Below, one piece after another: positions 1 to 9,663 of a stretch of 64,000 nucleotides of DNA. The position numbers and the translations under genes were made by a program. Source of the stretch: an uncultured bacterium (GTDB lineage Bacteria; Patescibacteriota; Patescibacteriia; SG8-24; DYFX01); NCBI GenBank assembly GCA_937900255.1, contig CALCDZ010000004.1, positions 198,391-262,390 of the forward strand, in the 5' to 3' direction. The number at the start of each line of letters is the position of its first letter. Within the stretch, counting starts at the first letter, position 1. A model generated the notes under the pieces. The model saw only the letters and a program-made list of their open reading frames with translations, was not told the origin of the DNA and made no database searches.

Positions 1-346
1 CGATCGTGCCGTCGAACGGGTCGTCGACGTTGCGGACGGTCGTCGTGACGGTGAAATCGATGCCGTCGCGCGTGAGGGTCTGGACATGGGGAATCGAGCC
101 GTCCGGCAAGCCCGAGACGATGCCGACGTTCGCGTACGGAAGGTTACGCACGATCTCGACCTGTTCTTCCGCCAACGCGGTCGCCGTGAGCTTCAGGCGG
201 TTGGATTGCACGGCCCGGAACAGGGCGACGAACGTCTGGTAGATGCTGAAGGCGACGACGGCGAAAACGGCCACGCCGACGACGGTCTCCATGAGGCTGA
301 AGGCGTGGGATGGACGGCGCGCTGGAACGCGGGCGGGAAAGGTCAT
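1..346 (-). CDS. Prepilin-type N-terminal cleavage/methylation domain protein (pseudopilin or minor pilin); the C-terminal end runs off the window start
   Basis: Minus-strand translation from the ATG at 346..344 reads MTFPARVPARRPSHAFSLMETVVGVAVFAVVAFSIYQTF... This is an FSLME-type prepilin methylation motif followed by a hydrophobic helix. It sits directly downstream of the pilMNO genes. Confidence 0.6.
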   Translation of the reverse strand, partial: MTFPARVPARRPSHAFSLMETVVGVAVFAVVAFSIYQTFVALFRAVQSNRLKLTATALAEEQVEIVRNLPYANVGIVSGLPDGSIPHVQTLTRDGIDFTVTTTVRNVDDPFDGTI

Positions 347-350
347 GGGT

Positions 351-641
351 TTACGGCGCGAGGCGGGCGCCCGCAGCCGCGTCGATGGCGAAAGGATTGC
401 GCGAGAGCGCGTCATGGTCAGGCAGCGCGCGGCGTTTTTCGAGGCGCTGGGTCGCGTGGGCGTAGCTCCCTTGGTTGAACGTGATGAGGAGCGCGCCCGT
501 TGGGAGCGTCTTGACCTCGCCGATCAGCAGCGCGCTGAAGGAGAAGTGCATGTATGCCAGGAATCCTGCGAGCAGCGCGAAAAGCAGCGCCGTGAGGACG
601 CGGGCCGTCCCGTGGAGGTCCTTGATGGTCATTTTCCTCAT
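351..641 (-). CDS. Small single-TM membrane protein in the pilus cluster (hypothetical)
   Basis: 96-aa ORF whose ATG overlaps the pilO stop (ATGA overlap at 638-641). It has one hydrophobic helix, VLTALLFALLAGFLAY, and no recognisable motif. Confidence 0.35.
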   Translation of the reverse strand: MRKMTIKDLHGTARVLTALLFALLAGFLAYMHFSFSALLIGEVKTLPTGALLITFNQGSYAHATQRLEKRRALPDHDALSRNPFAIDAAAGARLAP

Positions 642-1189
642 AGGCCGCGTGGCGGGCGCGCGAAAGCGCCGTGAAGGACGATCGAGACGGGCGTGTCCGG
701 GCCGGATGAGGCGCCCGGCCGCACCGTGAGGTCCGTGAAGACGATGAGGGTCGGAGCGCGCTCAAGTTCGACGATCGTCTGCATCACCTTATGGTAGGGC
801 CCATCCAGGTTCAGTTCGAAGCCGGTGCGGATCTCGCCGGCTCCCGGCAGGGAGGCTTCGGTCAGGCGCAGGCGTTCGGCGACGGCGTTCCGGCCCGCGA
901 TGCCTTCGATCTCGGTGATGAAATCCAGCTCCTTGCCTTCGGGGACGAACTGCGATCCGAGTGTCGCCAAGGTCTTGCGGACCTTTTCGGCGTCGGAGGC
1001 GCTCGAAAGCAGCTTCTTCCTGTTTTCGTACTGCGCCTGGAGATCGGTCTGGGCCCGGGCGGTCTTTTCTCCGAGAGCGCGGAGTTCCGAGAGCGTCGGC
1101 GCGATCAGGAAACCGATCACGGCGCCGACCGCTACGAGGCCGGCGAACGTCAGGCCGAAGACGGCGATGGATGCGTGTCGTATCGTCAT
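638..1189 (-). CDS. pilO: Type IV pilus assembly protein PilO-like
   Basis: 183 aa with an N-terminal TM helix followed by a coiled-coil periplasmic region. Its position after pilN, with start/stop overlaps typical of the pilMNO operon, supports the call. Confidence 0.55.
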   Translation of the reverse strand: MTIRHASIAVFGLTFAGLVAVGAVIGFLIAPTLSELRALGEKTARAQTDLQAQYENRKKLLSSASDAEKVRKTLATLGSQFVPEGKELDFITEIEGIAGRNAVAERLRLTEASLPGAGEIRTGFELNLDGPYHKVMQTIVELERAPTLIVFTDLTVRPGASSGPDTPVSIVLHGAFARPPRGL

Positions 1190-1743
1190 GGGGTTTGCGG
1201 CTGAAGGGTGGCGCGGACCGCGTTGCCGTCGACCACCGCCTCGAAGCGGAAGGAGATGTCCGTCTTCTGGAAAAGGTTCGAGATGGGGGAATCGAAGCTC
1301 TTCACGTACGGAGAGCCGCGGAAGATCCCCTCGTACGCCAAGAGGGCCTTCCGGTCCACGGCGCTTCCGCCGATCTGCAACGCGCCGGTCTTCGCGTTCA
1401 AGTTGAAGCTGGTCACGATGATGCCGTTCGGCGCACCCGCGGCCAGCGCTTCGACGACGGTCGAGACCGGATACGCCATCTTCTCGAGCGCCTCGATGCG
1501 GACGATCGCGTCGTTCTGCTGGCGCGTACGCTCGTTGATGGCCGCGTACTGGGAGGACAGCAGCTGTCGGGAGAGCACGTCGGCAAGGTTCTTCTTCATC
1601 TGGATCTTCACCAGGTACGTCAAAGCGCCGCTCGCAAGCGTCATGGCGATGAGGCTGATCATCAGGCGCTCCAGGACCGCATGGCGCACCCTGGCGAGCA
1701 GGGCCTCCTTTTGGGCGGGCGCGAGCAGGTTCAGGCTGATCAT
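1186..1743 (-). CDS. pilN: Type IV pilus assembly protein PilN
   Basis: Starts at MISLNLLAPAQKEAL (ATG 1743..1741, overlapping the pilM stop in an ATGA arrangement). It has a short cytoplasmic N-terminus, one TM helix and a coiled-coil, matching PilN/fimbrial assembly architecture. The longer annotated ORF that extends to 2091 is a GC-driven upstream extension. Confidence 0.6.
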   Translation of the reverse strand: MISLNLLAPAQKEALLARVRHAVLERLMISLIAMTLASGALTYLVKIQMKKNLADVLSRQLLSSQYAAINERTRQQNDAIVRIEALEKMAYPVSTVVEALAAGAPNGIIVTSFNLNAKTGALQIGGSAVDRKALLAYEGIFRGSPYVKSFDSPISNLFQKTDISFRFEAVVDGNAVRATLQPQTP

Positions 1744-2840
1744 GGTTTCTTTTTGACGGCGCGTTTGTCGATTTTCTGGCGGAGGGCCAGACCGATCGCC
1801 GTCGTCGAGCTCAGGATGATTTCCGGAGGCAGCGGGAACGCGCCGGCCTCGACGTTGGCCCATGGATCGGCCCGGCGCACGGTGACCTTGGTGAGTTCGG
1901 AAAGCAGCTCGTCCATGCGCTCCATGTTCGCGCCGCCGCCGCACAGCACGATCTCGTCGAGCGGCCTTCCTTCCCGGAAGTGGTCGCGATAGAACGCCAC
2001 CGCGTCGAGGATGCGCCCGGACATTTCGCTCAGGAACGGTTCCATGACGGTCCAGAGGGCCGTGCCGCACTTGTGCGCGTCGACTCCGCATTCGCGTTTC
2101 GTGCGCTCGGCTTCCTGCAGGTCGACCTTCAGCGCTTCGGCGATGCGGCGCGTCACGGCATCTCCTGAAACGGGGATGCTGACGGTGAATTGGATCGTGC
2201 CGCGGTCGTAGACGATCAGGCTCGAACGGGTCGCGCCGAAGTCGACGATGCCGACGGCTTTCCCGCCATCTCCGCCTGCCGGCACCACGCTGCGGACGAT
2301 CGCCTGGGCTTCTATCTCGTAGGCCACGGGCACGAACCCGGTCGTTTCCAGGGTCGCGGAATAGCCGTCGACGATGGATTTCGGCGCGGCGGCGATCGTC
2401 ACGGCCATCGGCTTGCCGACCGGGACCGCGTCAGCCCCATCCAACGCCTGCCAGTCGATGTACAGCTCGCTCAGAGGCATCGGGATGTGCAGCTCGGCCT
2501 CCGTCAGGACCGCTTTGGCGGTCATTTCCGGCTTTTCAGGCTTCGCGATGCTGATCACCTTGATGAACGTCCGGGTTTCGGGCAGGGAGATGACCGCGCC
2601 GCGCGTGGTCGATCGCCCGAACGCTTTCTTCATCAGGGCACGGAGCCGTTCGGCGATCAGGTCGGGCTTCTTGAACTCTCCCGCGACGATCAGGCCGTCC
2701 GGGATGCGCTCTTCGGTATACCGATGCAGCCGCAACGTGCGGCGCATGAAGCCGCTGCGCCGGATCTCCACCAATCGGAAGACATGCTCCGAAAGGTCGA
2801 GTCCGACGACATGGTTTGTGGGGTCGTTGAAGAGGAGCAT
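1740..2840 (-). CDS. pilM: Type IV pilus assembly protein PilM (actin/FtsA-like ATPase fold)
   Basis: 366 aa with an FtsA/PilM-like sequence (GLDLSEHVFRLVEI..., VDFGATRSSLIVYD). Operon context also supports the call. Confidence 0.8.
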   Translation of the reverse strand: MLLFNDPTNHVVGLDLSEHVFRLVEIRRSGFMRRTLRLHRYTEERIPDGLIVAGEFKKPDLIAERLRALMKKAFGRSTTRGAVISLPETRTFIKVISIAKPEKPEMTAKAVLTEAELHIPMPLSELYIDWQALDGADAVPVGKPMAVTIAAAPKSIVDGYSATLETTGFVPVAYEIEAQAIVRSVVPAGGDGGKAVGIVDFGATRSSLIVYDRGTIQFTVSIPVSGDAVTRRIAEALKVDLQEAERTKRECGVDAHKCGTALWTVMEPFLSEMSGRILDAVAFYRDHFREGRPLDEIVLCGGGANMERMDELLSELTKVTVRRADPWANVEAGAFPLPPEIILSSTTAIGLALRQKIDKRAVKKKP

Positions 2841-2907
2841 GATGGCTTGAACGTCTTCTTCGCTGCCCCTATTTTATCCTATCCGTGCCGGATGCGCCAA
2901 CCGGACG

Positions 2908-4002
2908 TCACTGGCCGAACTTCGTGGTCAGCGCGTAGATCGGCGTGATGATGGCGAGGGCGATGCCTCCGACCGCCGCTCCGAGGAAGATGATCAGGAT
3001 CGGCTCGATGATCGAGGAAAGGTTGCCCATGATCTGGTCGACCTGCTTCTCGTAGAAATCGGCGATCTCCTCGAGCATCTCGTCGATGGTGCCCGCGCGC
3101 TCGCCGACGGCGATCATCTGCACGACCAGCGGAGGGAAGAGCTTGGGAGAACGGTCGAGCACCTGCGAGATCGTCTCGCCCTTCTTGATGGATTCGGCCA
3201 TCCCCATGCAGGCGTCGTGATAGTGGACGTTCCGGACGATGTCGGAGGTGATGGTCAGGGCCTGGACGATGGCGATGTCGGTGCGGAGCAGGGCGGAAAG
3301 GGTGCGCGTGAAGCGCGCGAGGTTGATCTTCTTGACGATCGGTCCGATGATCGGCATCCCGAGGACGATCCGGTGCCAGAGATCCTTGCCGAAAGGGCGC
3401 TTGATGAACCAGAGGAATCCGGAAATCAGGCCGAAGGCGCCGATCAGGGCGAACGGCCAGTCGTGCTTGAAGAAGTCGGTGACGGCGATCAGGATCCTGG
3501 TCGGCAGCGGCAAGTCTTGGGAACCCATCTCGTCGAAGATCGAGAGGATCTGCGGGACGACGAAGATCATCATGCCGATGCCGATCAGGACCGTCGCCGA
3601 AAGGATGACCAGCGGGTACGTCATCGCGCCCTTGACTTTCGAGACCAGGTCGTAATCCTTCCGCATCTGCACGGTGAGCTGCTCGAGCGTCCTCTCGAGC
3701 GTGCCGGAGACCTCTCCGGCGGAAATCATGTTGATGAAGATCGGTTCGAACAATCGGTCATGCTTGGCGAGCGCCTGCGAGAGGCTCAATCCTTTCTCGA
3801 CGTCGGCTCGGAGCTCCTCGATGACGGCCTTGAAGCCTTTCTGCTCCGTCTGCAAGGCGAGCGTCCGCAGCGCTTCGGTCAGCGACAAGCCGGCCTTGAT
3901 CATCACGCGCAAGTTCTCGGTGAAGAAGATCTTCTGCGGGAGCTTGACCCGAAGGAAACGTCGGGAGAGGCCGTTCAGGGTTTCTTTGAGGTCTTGGGAC
4001 AT
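2908..4002 (-). CDS. pilC: Type IV pilus inner-membrane platform protein PilC (GspF family)
   Basis: 364 aa containing two GspF-type repeats and three TM segments. It lies adjacent to pilB. Confidence 0.85.
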   Translation of the reverse strand: MSQDLKETLNGLSRRFLRVKLPQKIFFTENLRVMIKAGLSLTEALRTLALQTEQKGFKAVIEELRADVEKGLSLSQALAKHDRLFEPIFINMISAGEVSGTLERTLEQLTVQMRKDYDLVSKVKGAMTYPLVILSATVLIGIGMMIFVVPQILSIFDEMGSQDLPLPTRILIAVTDFFKHDWPFALIGAFGLISGFLWFIKRPFGKDLWHRIVLGMPIIGPIVKKINLARFTRTLSALLRTDIAIVQALTITSDIVRNVHYHDACMGMAESIKKGETISQVLDRSPKLFPPLVVQMIAVGERAGTIDEMLEEIADFYEKQVDQIMGNLSSIIEPILIIFLGAAVGGIALAIITPIYALTTKFGQ

Positions 4003-4006
4003 GTGA

Positions 4007-5728
4007 TCATTCTTTGGTGACGCGCATGATCTCTTCGAGCGTGGTGACGCCTTGGACGGCCTTGGCGAAACCGTCCACCACGATCGAGATCATGCCGTCC
4101 TTTTCCGCCGCCGCCATGATGTCCGCGCTGGGGGCATCCTTGTTGATCAGCTCCTGGATCGGCCTCGTGATCTCCAGCACTTCATAGATGCCCTGCCGCC
4201 CCTTGTACCCCTCGTTATTGCACTGCTTGCAGCCGGTGCCGTGGTAAAAATCGACCTTGTCGAGCGTCTGCCCTTTGGGGATGAACCCGTTGCGGGAAAG
4301 GTCGTCGGTCAGCTTGTCCAGGTCGTAGAGCTCTCCCAGCTCCTTGAGCTGCTGTTTCGCCAGCTTGTACGGCTGCGGGCAGTTCTTGCAGATCTTCCGG
4401 ACCAGGCGCTGCGCGACGATCATGTTGGCCGTGAAGGCCACGAGGAAGCGCGGCACGCCCATGTCGATCAGGCGGGGGAGAGACGTGACCGCGTCGTTGG
4501 TGTGGAGCGTGGCGAAGACCAGGTGGCCGGTCATGGCGGCATTGGTGGCGATCTCGGCCGTCTCGCCGTCGCGGATCTCTCCGACCATGATGATGTTCGG
4601 GTCCTGCCGCAGCAGGGTGCGGAGGCCGATGGCGAAAGTGAAGCCGATCTTGGAATTGACCTGCGACTGGTTCACGCCGTTCATGCGGTATTCGACCGGA
4701 TCCTCGATCGTCGAGATGTTGACGCCGGGGGTGTTGCGCAGCGAGAGCACCGAGTAGAGCGTCGTGGTCTTGCCCGAGCCGGTCGGTCCCGTCACGAAGA
4801 CGATGCCGTGCGGCTTCATGATGTTGCGCTTCACCACCTCGAGGTCTTGGGCGTTGAAGCCGAGCTGTTCGAGCGTGAGCGCCGAGGCGGTCTCGGAAAG
4901 GAGGCGCATGACGATCTTTTCTCCGTCCATGACGGGCAGCGTCGAGACGCGGACGGAATACTTGTAGCTCGGGCCGCTGATCTTCATGCGGCCGTCCTGC
5001 GGCAGGCGGTGCTCGTCGAGTTTCAGATTGGAGAGCACCTTGATGCGGGCGGTCACGCCGGCCTGCGCGTTCTTCGGCAGCGTCATCACGTTGCGCAGGA
5101 TGCCGTCCACGCGGTACCGCACGGCCAGGTCCTGTTCGGTCGGTTCGATGTGGATGTCCGAAGCGCCTTCGAACACGGCGTGCTCGAGCAGCGATTCGAC
5201 GATGCGGACGACCGGCAGGTCCTGGGCCAGTTCGCGCAGCTTCTGCTGGTCGGTCTCTTCGCCGACGCCGGTGGATTTGGCGATGTCCTCGAACTCGGCC
5301 TTGAGCGACCGCTTGTACTGCTTGATGATCTCGTGGAGCGAGGCTGGCGTCGTGACATGGACATCGACCTCAAGCCCGGTCTTGTGCCTGAGGAACTCGA
5401 CGGTCTGAAGGTCTTCCGGGTCGAGCGCGGCGACTTTGAGGATCCCGTCGCCTTTGTCGAAGGGCACGATCTCGTGCGTCGTCGCGATCGGTTCCGGCAC
5501 CAGGTCGAGGAAGTCCTTCCGTACCTGGACGCCCTTGAGGTCGACGAACTGCACCTTGAAATAGTCCGCCGCGAGGCGATAGAGCGTCTCTTCGGGCATC
5601 TTCTCGAGCAGATGCTCTTCAAGCGCGGTCTTCTTCGTCTTGGCTTCGGCCGCAAGGTCCTTGATCTCCGCGGGCTTCAGGGTGCCTGCCGCCAGGAGGA
5701 TTTTCTGCAGAAGGGCGTCGCTGTACAT
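4007..5728 (-). CDS. pilB: Type IV pilus assembly ATPase PilB (GspE family)
   Basis: Walker A GPTGSGKTTT, a CxxC tetracysteine region (CKNC...CKQCNNEG) and an N-terminal GspE-N domain. The start is placed at MYSDALLQKIL (ATG 5728); the ORF stays open upstream to 5788, so the true start is ambiguous. Confidence 0.85.
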   Translation of the reverse strand: MYSDALLQKILLAAGTLKPAEIKDLAAEAKTKKTALEEHLLEKMPEETLYRLAADYFKVQFVDLKGVQVRKDFLDLVPEPIATTHEIVPFDKGDGILKVAALDPEDLQTVEFLRHKTGLEVDVHVTTPASLHEIIKQYKRSLKAEFEDIAKSTGVGEETDQQKLRELAQDLPVVRIVESLLEHAVFEGASDIHIEPTEQDLAVRYRVDGILRNVMTLPKNAQAGVTARIKVLSNLKLDEHRLPQDGRMKISGPSYKYSVRVSTLPVMDGEKIVMRLLSETASALTLEQLGFNAQDLEVVKRNIMKPHGIVFVTGPTGSGKTTTLYSVLSLRNTPGVNISTIEDPVEYRMNGVNQSQVNSKIGFTFAIGLRTLLRQDPNIIMVGEIRDGETAEIATNAAMTGHLVFATLHTNDAVTSLPRLIDMGVPRFLVAFTANMIVAQRLVRKICKNCPQPYKLAKQQLKELGELYDLDKLTDDLSRNGFIPKGQTLDKVDFYHGTGCKQCNNEGYKGRQGIYEVLEITRPIQELINKDAPSADIMAAAEKDGMISIVVDGFAKAVQGVTTLEEIMRVTKE

Positions 5729-5808
5729 ACGTCCGGAAGTATACCGCATCCGGGACGATGACGGCAGGGCGGCGCGCTTGCCCGACACGGCGGTCGGGGT
5801 TACACTGG

Positions 5809-6192
5809 ATGCCTATGTTCGAACGCTTCTTCGGGCGCTATCGTCTGCTGGCACGTGAGGCGCGTTTCGTCCGCGTCTCCCTGCTCTTGTCAGCCGGACT
5901 GAACCTGCTCGCTTGGGTCCTGGCGGCCTGGTTCGCGCTGCCGCGCCTCAAGACCAGCCCGTTCTTCGCTCTCCATTACACCGTCTACTTCGGCGTCGAC
6001 CAGATCGGCGCGCCGTGGCGGCTGCTGTTCCTGCCGTTGCTTGGATCTCTGGTCCTGGGAGCTAACGCCGCTTTGGCCATGCGCCTGCACCGCGGCGAAC
6101 GGCTCGCGTCCGCCTTTCTCGGCGCGGTGACCTTGCTGCTCGAGGCGTTGCTGCTCCTCGTCACGTTCCTGACGGTCTTGCTGAACATCTAG
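5809..6192 (+). CDS. Hypothetical small polytopic membrane protein
   Basis: Starts MPMFERFF and has three or four hydrophobic helices. No recognisable motif. Confidence 0.35.
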   Translation: MPMFERFFGRYRLLAREARFVRVSLLLSAGLNLLAWVLAAWFALPRLKTSPFFALHYTVYFGVDQIGAPWRLLFLPLLGSLVLGANAALAMRLHRGERLASAFLGAVTLLLEALLLLVTFLTVLLNI

Positions 6193-6200
6193 CGTCTCCC

Positions 6201-7235
6201 ATGAATCCCGCCATCGCCGTCCTCATCGCCGCCGCCTCCGCGTTCGGCGTCGCCATGTTCGCGACTCCGGCCGTCACGCGGTTGCTCAAGTTCCTGAAGC
6301 TCGGCAAGCAGATCCGCAGCGAATCGAGCGCCCCTATCTTCTCCAAACTGCATGCCGCCAAGAGCGGGACGCCGACCATGGGCGGGATCCTGATCTGGGG
6401 CGCGGTCTTGGCCGTCGCGTTCGGGTTTTCCCTCGCTGCCAACGTGCTCCGCGTCGATCCGTGGGTCTCGCTCAATTTCATTTCGCGGCGCGAGACGCTC
6501 CTGCCGATGGCGGCCCTCTTCTTTTCGGCCATCGTCGGCCTGGTCGACGATTACCTGAACGTCCGCAAGATCGGCGCGCATGGCGGGGGACTGAAGGTCT
6601 GGCATCGCCTGTTGTCGTACTCGGTGATCGCCGTGGCGGCGGCGTGGTGGTTCTACGTGCGCCTGGAATGGGACGTCCTGCGCGTGCCGTTCTTCGGTAC
6701 GGTCCACGTCGGCCCGTGGATGATCCCGATCTTCATCTTCATCATCATCGCCACCGCATTTTCGGTGAACGAGACCGACGGGCTCGATGGCCTGGCCGCC
6801 GGAACGCTGCTCACGGCCTTCAGCATCTACGGAGCCATCGCGTTCTTCCAAGGCAAGACGGACCTGACGGCGTTCTGCGGCGCGATCGTCGGCGCGCTCC
6901 TGGCGTTCCTGTGGTTCAACATCAATCCCGCGCGTTTCTTCATGGGCGATACGGGCGCCATGTCGCTCGGCGTGACGCTCGGGATCGTCGCCATGCTGAC
7001 GAACAGCCTGCTGCTCCTGCCGATCGTCGGTTCGGTCTTCATGCTCGAATCCGTCTCCGTCATCATCCAGGTCGCGTCCAAGAAGATCCGCAAGAAAAAA
7101 GTCTTCCTATCGGCGCCCATCCATCACCACTTCGAGGCCAAGGGCTGGAGCGAAGCCACGATCGTGATGCGCCTGTGGGTCATCTCGGCCGTGAGCGGCG
7201 TGCTAGGCCTCATCATCGCGCTGCTCGACCGATGA
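6201..7235 (+). CDS. mraY: Phospho-N-acetylmuramoyl-pentapeptide transferase MraY
   Basis: Motifs DDYLNV, NETDGLDGLA and HHHFE in a 10-TM polytopic architecture. Confidence 0.9.
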   Translation: MNPAIAVLIAAASAFGVAMFATPAVTRLLKFLKLGKQIRSESSAPIFSKLHAAKSGTPTMGGILIWGAVLAVAFGFSLAANVLRVDPWVSLNFISRRETLLPMAALFFSAIVGLVDDYLNVRKIGAHGGGLKVWHRLLSYSVIAVAAAWWFYVRLEWDVLRVPFFGTVHVGPWMIPIFIFIIIATAFSVNETDGLDGLAAGTLLTAFSIYGAIAFFQGKTDLTAFCGAIVGALLAFLWFNINPARFFMGDTGAMSLGVTLGIVAMLTNSLLLLPIVGSVFMLESVSVIIQVASKKIRKKKVFLSAPIHHHFEAKGWSEATIVMRLWVISAVSGVLGLIIALLDR

Positions 7236-7310
7236 ATGGTCCGGTCCCGCGTGGGCCGGTTTTCGTTTCCCCGAATCTGTTACAATAATCGGGAAGTAAC
7301 CCCCCACCTT

Positions 7311-9653
7311 ATGGCTGATCCGATCCTGGACTCCCCGCACCCGCCCGAAATGAAGACGCTTCCCGTCATCCCGCTGAAGGACATGGTGGTCTTTCCAGGC
7401 ATCGCGGCGCCTTTGGCCGTACGCCGGGTCCGTTCGATGCGGGCACTGGAAGCCGCTCTCGCGGGAGACCGGCTCGTGCTGTTCGTACCGCAGAAGGATC
7501 AGGCTTCGGGCGATCCTGCGCCGAAAGACCTTTTCGAGATGGGGACGATCGCCCGCGTGCGGGACGCCTCCAAACAGAAGGGGATGACGCGGCTCACGGT
7601 CGAAGGCGTGACGCGCGCCCGCGTCGCCCGGACGTTGTCGGTCGATCCGTACATCAGGGCCGAGGCCGAGGTCGTCCCGAACCCGAAGTTCGAGAAGACG
7701 GAGCGCATCGATGCCGAGGCGGTCAGCCTGCTGAACGCCTTCCGCGAGTGCGCGAACCTCGGCGCCAACGTGCCGTTCGACGTGCTCCTGGTCGTGATGA
7801 ACGTGACGGATCCCTGGCAGCTGTCCGACCTGGTGGCGGTCAACTTGGATTTCAACCTCGAGGAGCGTTACGGCGTGCTGTCCGCGCGCACCATCGAGGA
7901 AAAGCTGGAACGGGCGCGCGCCGGCGTGCAGCGGCAGCTCAAGGTCATGCGGATGGCCCGCGACCTGCAGGCCGAGACCGGAAAGGAGATCGACAAGATG
8001 CAGAAGGAGATGTTCCTGCGCGAGCAGATGAAGACCATCGAGAAGGAACTCGGCCAGATGGCGGGCGGAGGCGCGTCGGAGGCGGAGACGCTCCGCAAGA
8101 GGATCGCGGAGGCCGGCATGCCGGACGAGATCCGCGAGAAGGCGCTCAAGGAGCTGGCGCGCATGCAGGCCATGCCCAGCTTCTCTCCGGAGCTCTCCTA
8201 CATCCGCGGTTATATCGACTGGCTGATCGCCATGCCCTGGTCCGTGCGCGACACCGACGAGATCGGCTTGCGCAAGGCCAAACGCGTGCTCGACGAGGAC
8301 CATTTCGGCTTGGAGAAGGTGAAGGAGCGCATCCTGGATTTCCTCGCCGTCCAGAAGCTGGCCGGCAAGACCCGCGGTTCGATCCTGTGCTTCGTCGGCC
8401 CGCCGGGCACCGGCAAGACCTCCATCGGCAAGTCCATCGCGCGCGCCATGGGCCGCAAGTTCTACCGCATGTCGCTCGGCGGCCTCCGCGACGAGTCCGA
8501 GATCCGCGGACACCGCCGCACCTACGTCGGCGCGCTGCCGGGCCGCATCCTTCAAGGCATCGCTCAGGCGAAGACGCGCAATCCGGTCTTCATGCTCGAC
8601 GAGATCGACAAGGTCGGGAACGACTTCCGCGGCGACCCGACGGCCGCCCTGCTCGAAGCGCTCGATCCGGAACAGAACAACGCCTTCGGCGATCATTACC
8701 TTGAAGCGCCGTTCGACCTGTCGGACGTCTTCTTCATCACGACCGCCAACATGCTCGACACGGTGCCGCCGGCGCTGCGCGACCGCATGGAAGTGATCGA
8801 ATACGCCGGCTACACCGAAGACGAGAAAGTCCGCATCGCGGCCGAATACCTGGTGCCCAAGGCGCAGAAGGAACATGGGCTGGCGGATGTCCGCGTGGAG
8901 ATTCCGGAACAGGCACTGCGCCGCATCGTCCGCGAATACACGCGCGAGGCGGGCGTGCGCGGTTTGGAGCGCTGCGTCACGCAGGTCTTCCGCAAGATCG
9001 CGCGCAAGGTGGCCGAGAGCGGCAGCAAGAGATCCTGGAGCGTCCGTCCGAACGGCGTGCCGACCTATTTGGGCGTGCCGAAATACCGCCAGCAGAGCGC
9101 GGAGAAGAAGGATGCCGTCGGCGTCGTGACCGGCTTGGCGTGGACCGAAGCCGGCGGCGAGATCCTGCCGATCGAGGCGACCCGCATGCCGGGCAAGGGC
9201 CAGCTCATCCTGACCGGTCAGCTCGGCAAGGTCATGCAGGAATCGGCCCAGGCGGCCTATTCCTATGCGCGCGCCAATGCCGGGCGTTTCGGTATCACGG
9301 GCGGCTTCTATAAGGATGAAGACATCCATATCCACGTGCCGCAGGGCGCCATCCCCAAGGACGGGCCGTCGGCCGGCATCGCCATGGCGGCGGCGCTCGT
9401 ATCGCTTTTGACCGGCACGCCGGTCCGGCGGTCGGTGGCCGTGACCGGGGAAGTCACCTTGCGCGGTCATGCCCTGGAGATCGGCGGCGTCAAGGAGAAG
9501 GTGCTGGGCGCCCATCGCGCCGGCATCCGGACGGTCGTGCTGCCCAAGGACAACGAAAAAGATTTGGAGGACATCCCCGCCAACGTGCGCAAGGCGATGA
9601 AGTTCGTCTTCGTCGGCACGGTCGAGCAGGCCCTGCGGGCGTTGTTCTCCTGA
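7311..9653 (+). CDS. lon: ATP-dependent Lon protease
   Basis: N-terminal LON domain (IPLKDMVVFPG), AAA+ Walker A GPPGTGKTS, LDEIDK, and the protease Ser-Lys dyad region DGPSAGIAMAAALVSLLTG. The start is placed at MADPILD; the ORF is open upstream from 7236. Confidence 0.9.
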   Translation: MADPILDSPHPPEMKTLPVIPLKDMVVFPGIAAPLAVRRVRSMRALEAALAGDRLVLFVPQKDQASGDPAPKDLFEMGTIARVRDASKQKGMTRLTVEGVTRARVARTLSVDPYIRAEAEVVPNPKFEKTERIDAEAVSLLNAFRECANLGANVPFDVLLVVMNVTDPWQLSDLVAVNLDFNLEERYGVLSARTIEEKLERARAGVQRQLKVMRMARDLQAETGKEIDKMQKEMFLREQMKTIEKELGQMAGGGASEAETLRKRIAEAGMPDEIREKALKELARMQAMPSFSPELSYIRGYIDWLIAMPWSVRDTDEIGLRKAKRVLDEDHFGLEKVKERILDFLAVQKLAGKTRGSILCFVGPPGTGKTSIGKSIARAMGRKFYRMSLGGLRDESEIRGHRRTYVGALPGRILQGIAQAKTRNPVFMLDEIDKVGNDFRGDPTAALLEALDPEQNNAFGDHYLEAPFDLSDVFFITTANMLDTVPPALRDRMEVIEYAGYTEDEKVRIAAEYLVPKAQKEHGLADVRVEIPEQALRRIVREYTREAGVRGLERCVTQVFRKIARKVAESGSKRSWSVRPNGVPTYLGVPKYRQQSAEKKDAVGVVTGLAWTEAGGEILPIEATRMPGKGQLILTGQLGKVMQESAQAAYSYARANAGRFGITGGFYKDEDIHIHVPQGAIPKDGPSAGIAMAAALVSLLTGTPVRRSVAVTGEVTLRGHALEIGGVKEKVLGAHRAGIRTVVLPKDNEKDLEDIPANVRKAMKFVFVGTVEQALRALFS

Positions 9654-9663
9654 CATCGATCGT

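Noticed and set aside
4007-5788. Longer PilB start (MSGKRAALPSS..., 5788)
   Set aside because: The N-terminal 20 residues are Arg/Ser-rich with no Shine-Dalgarno. The Met at 5728 (MYSDALLQKIL) aligns with the beginning of the GspE N-domain. It is retained only as an alternative.
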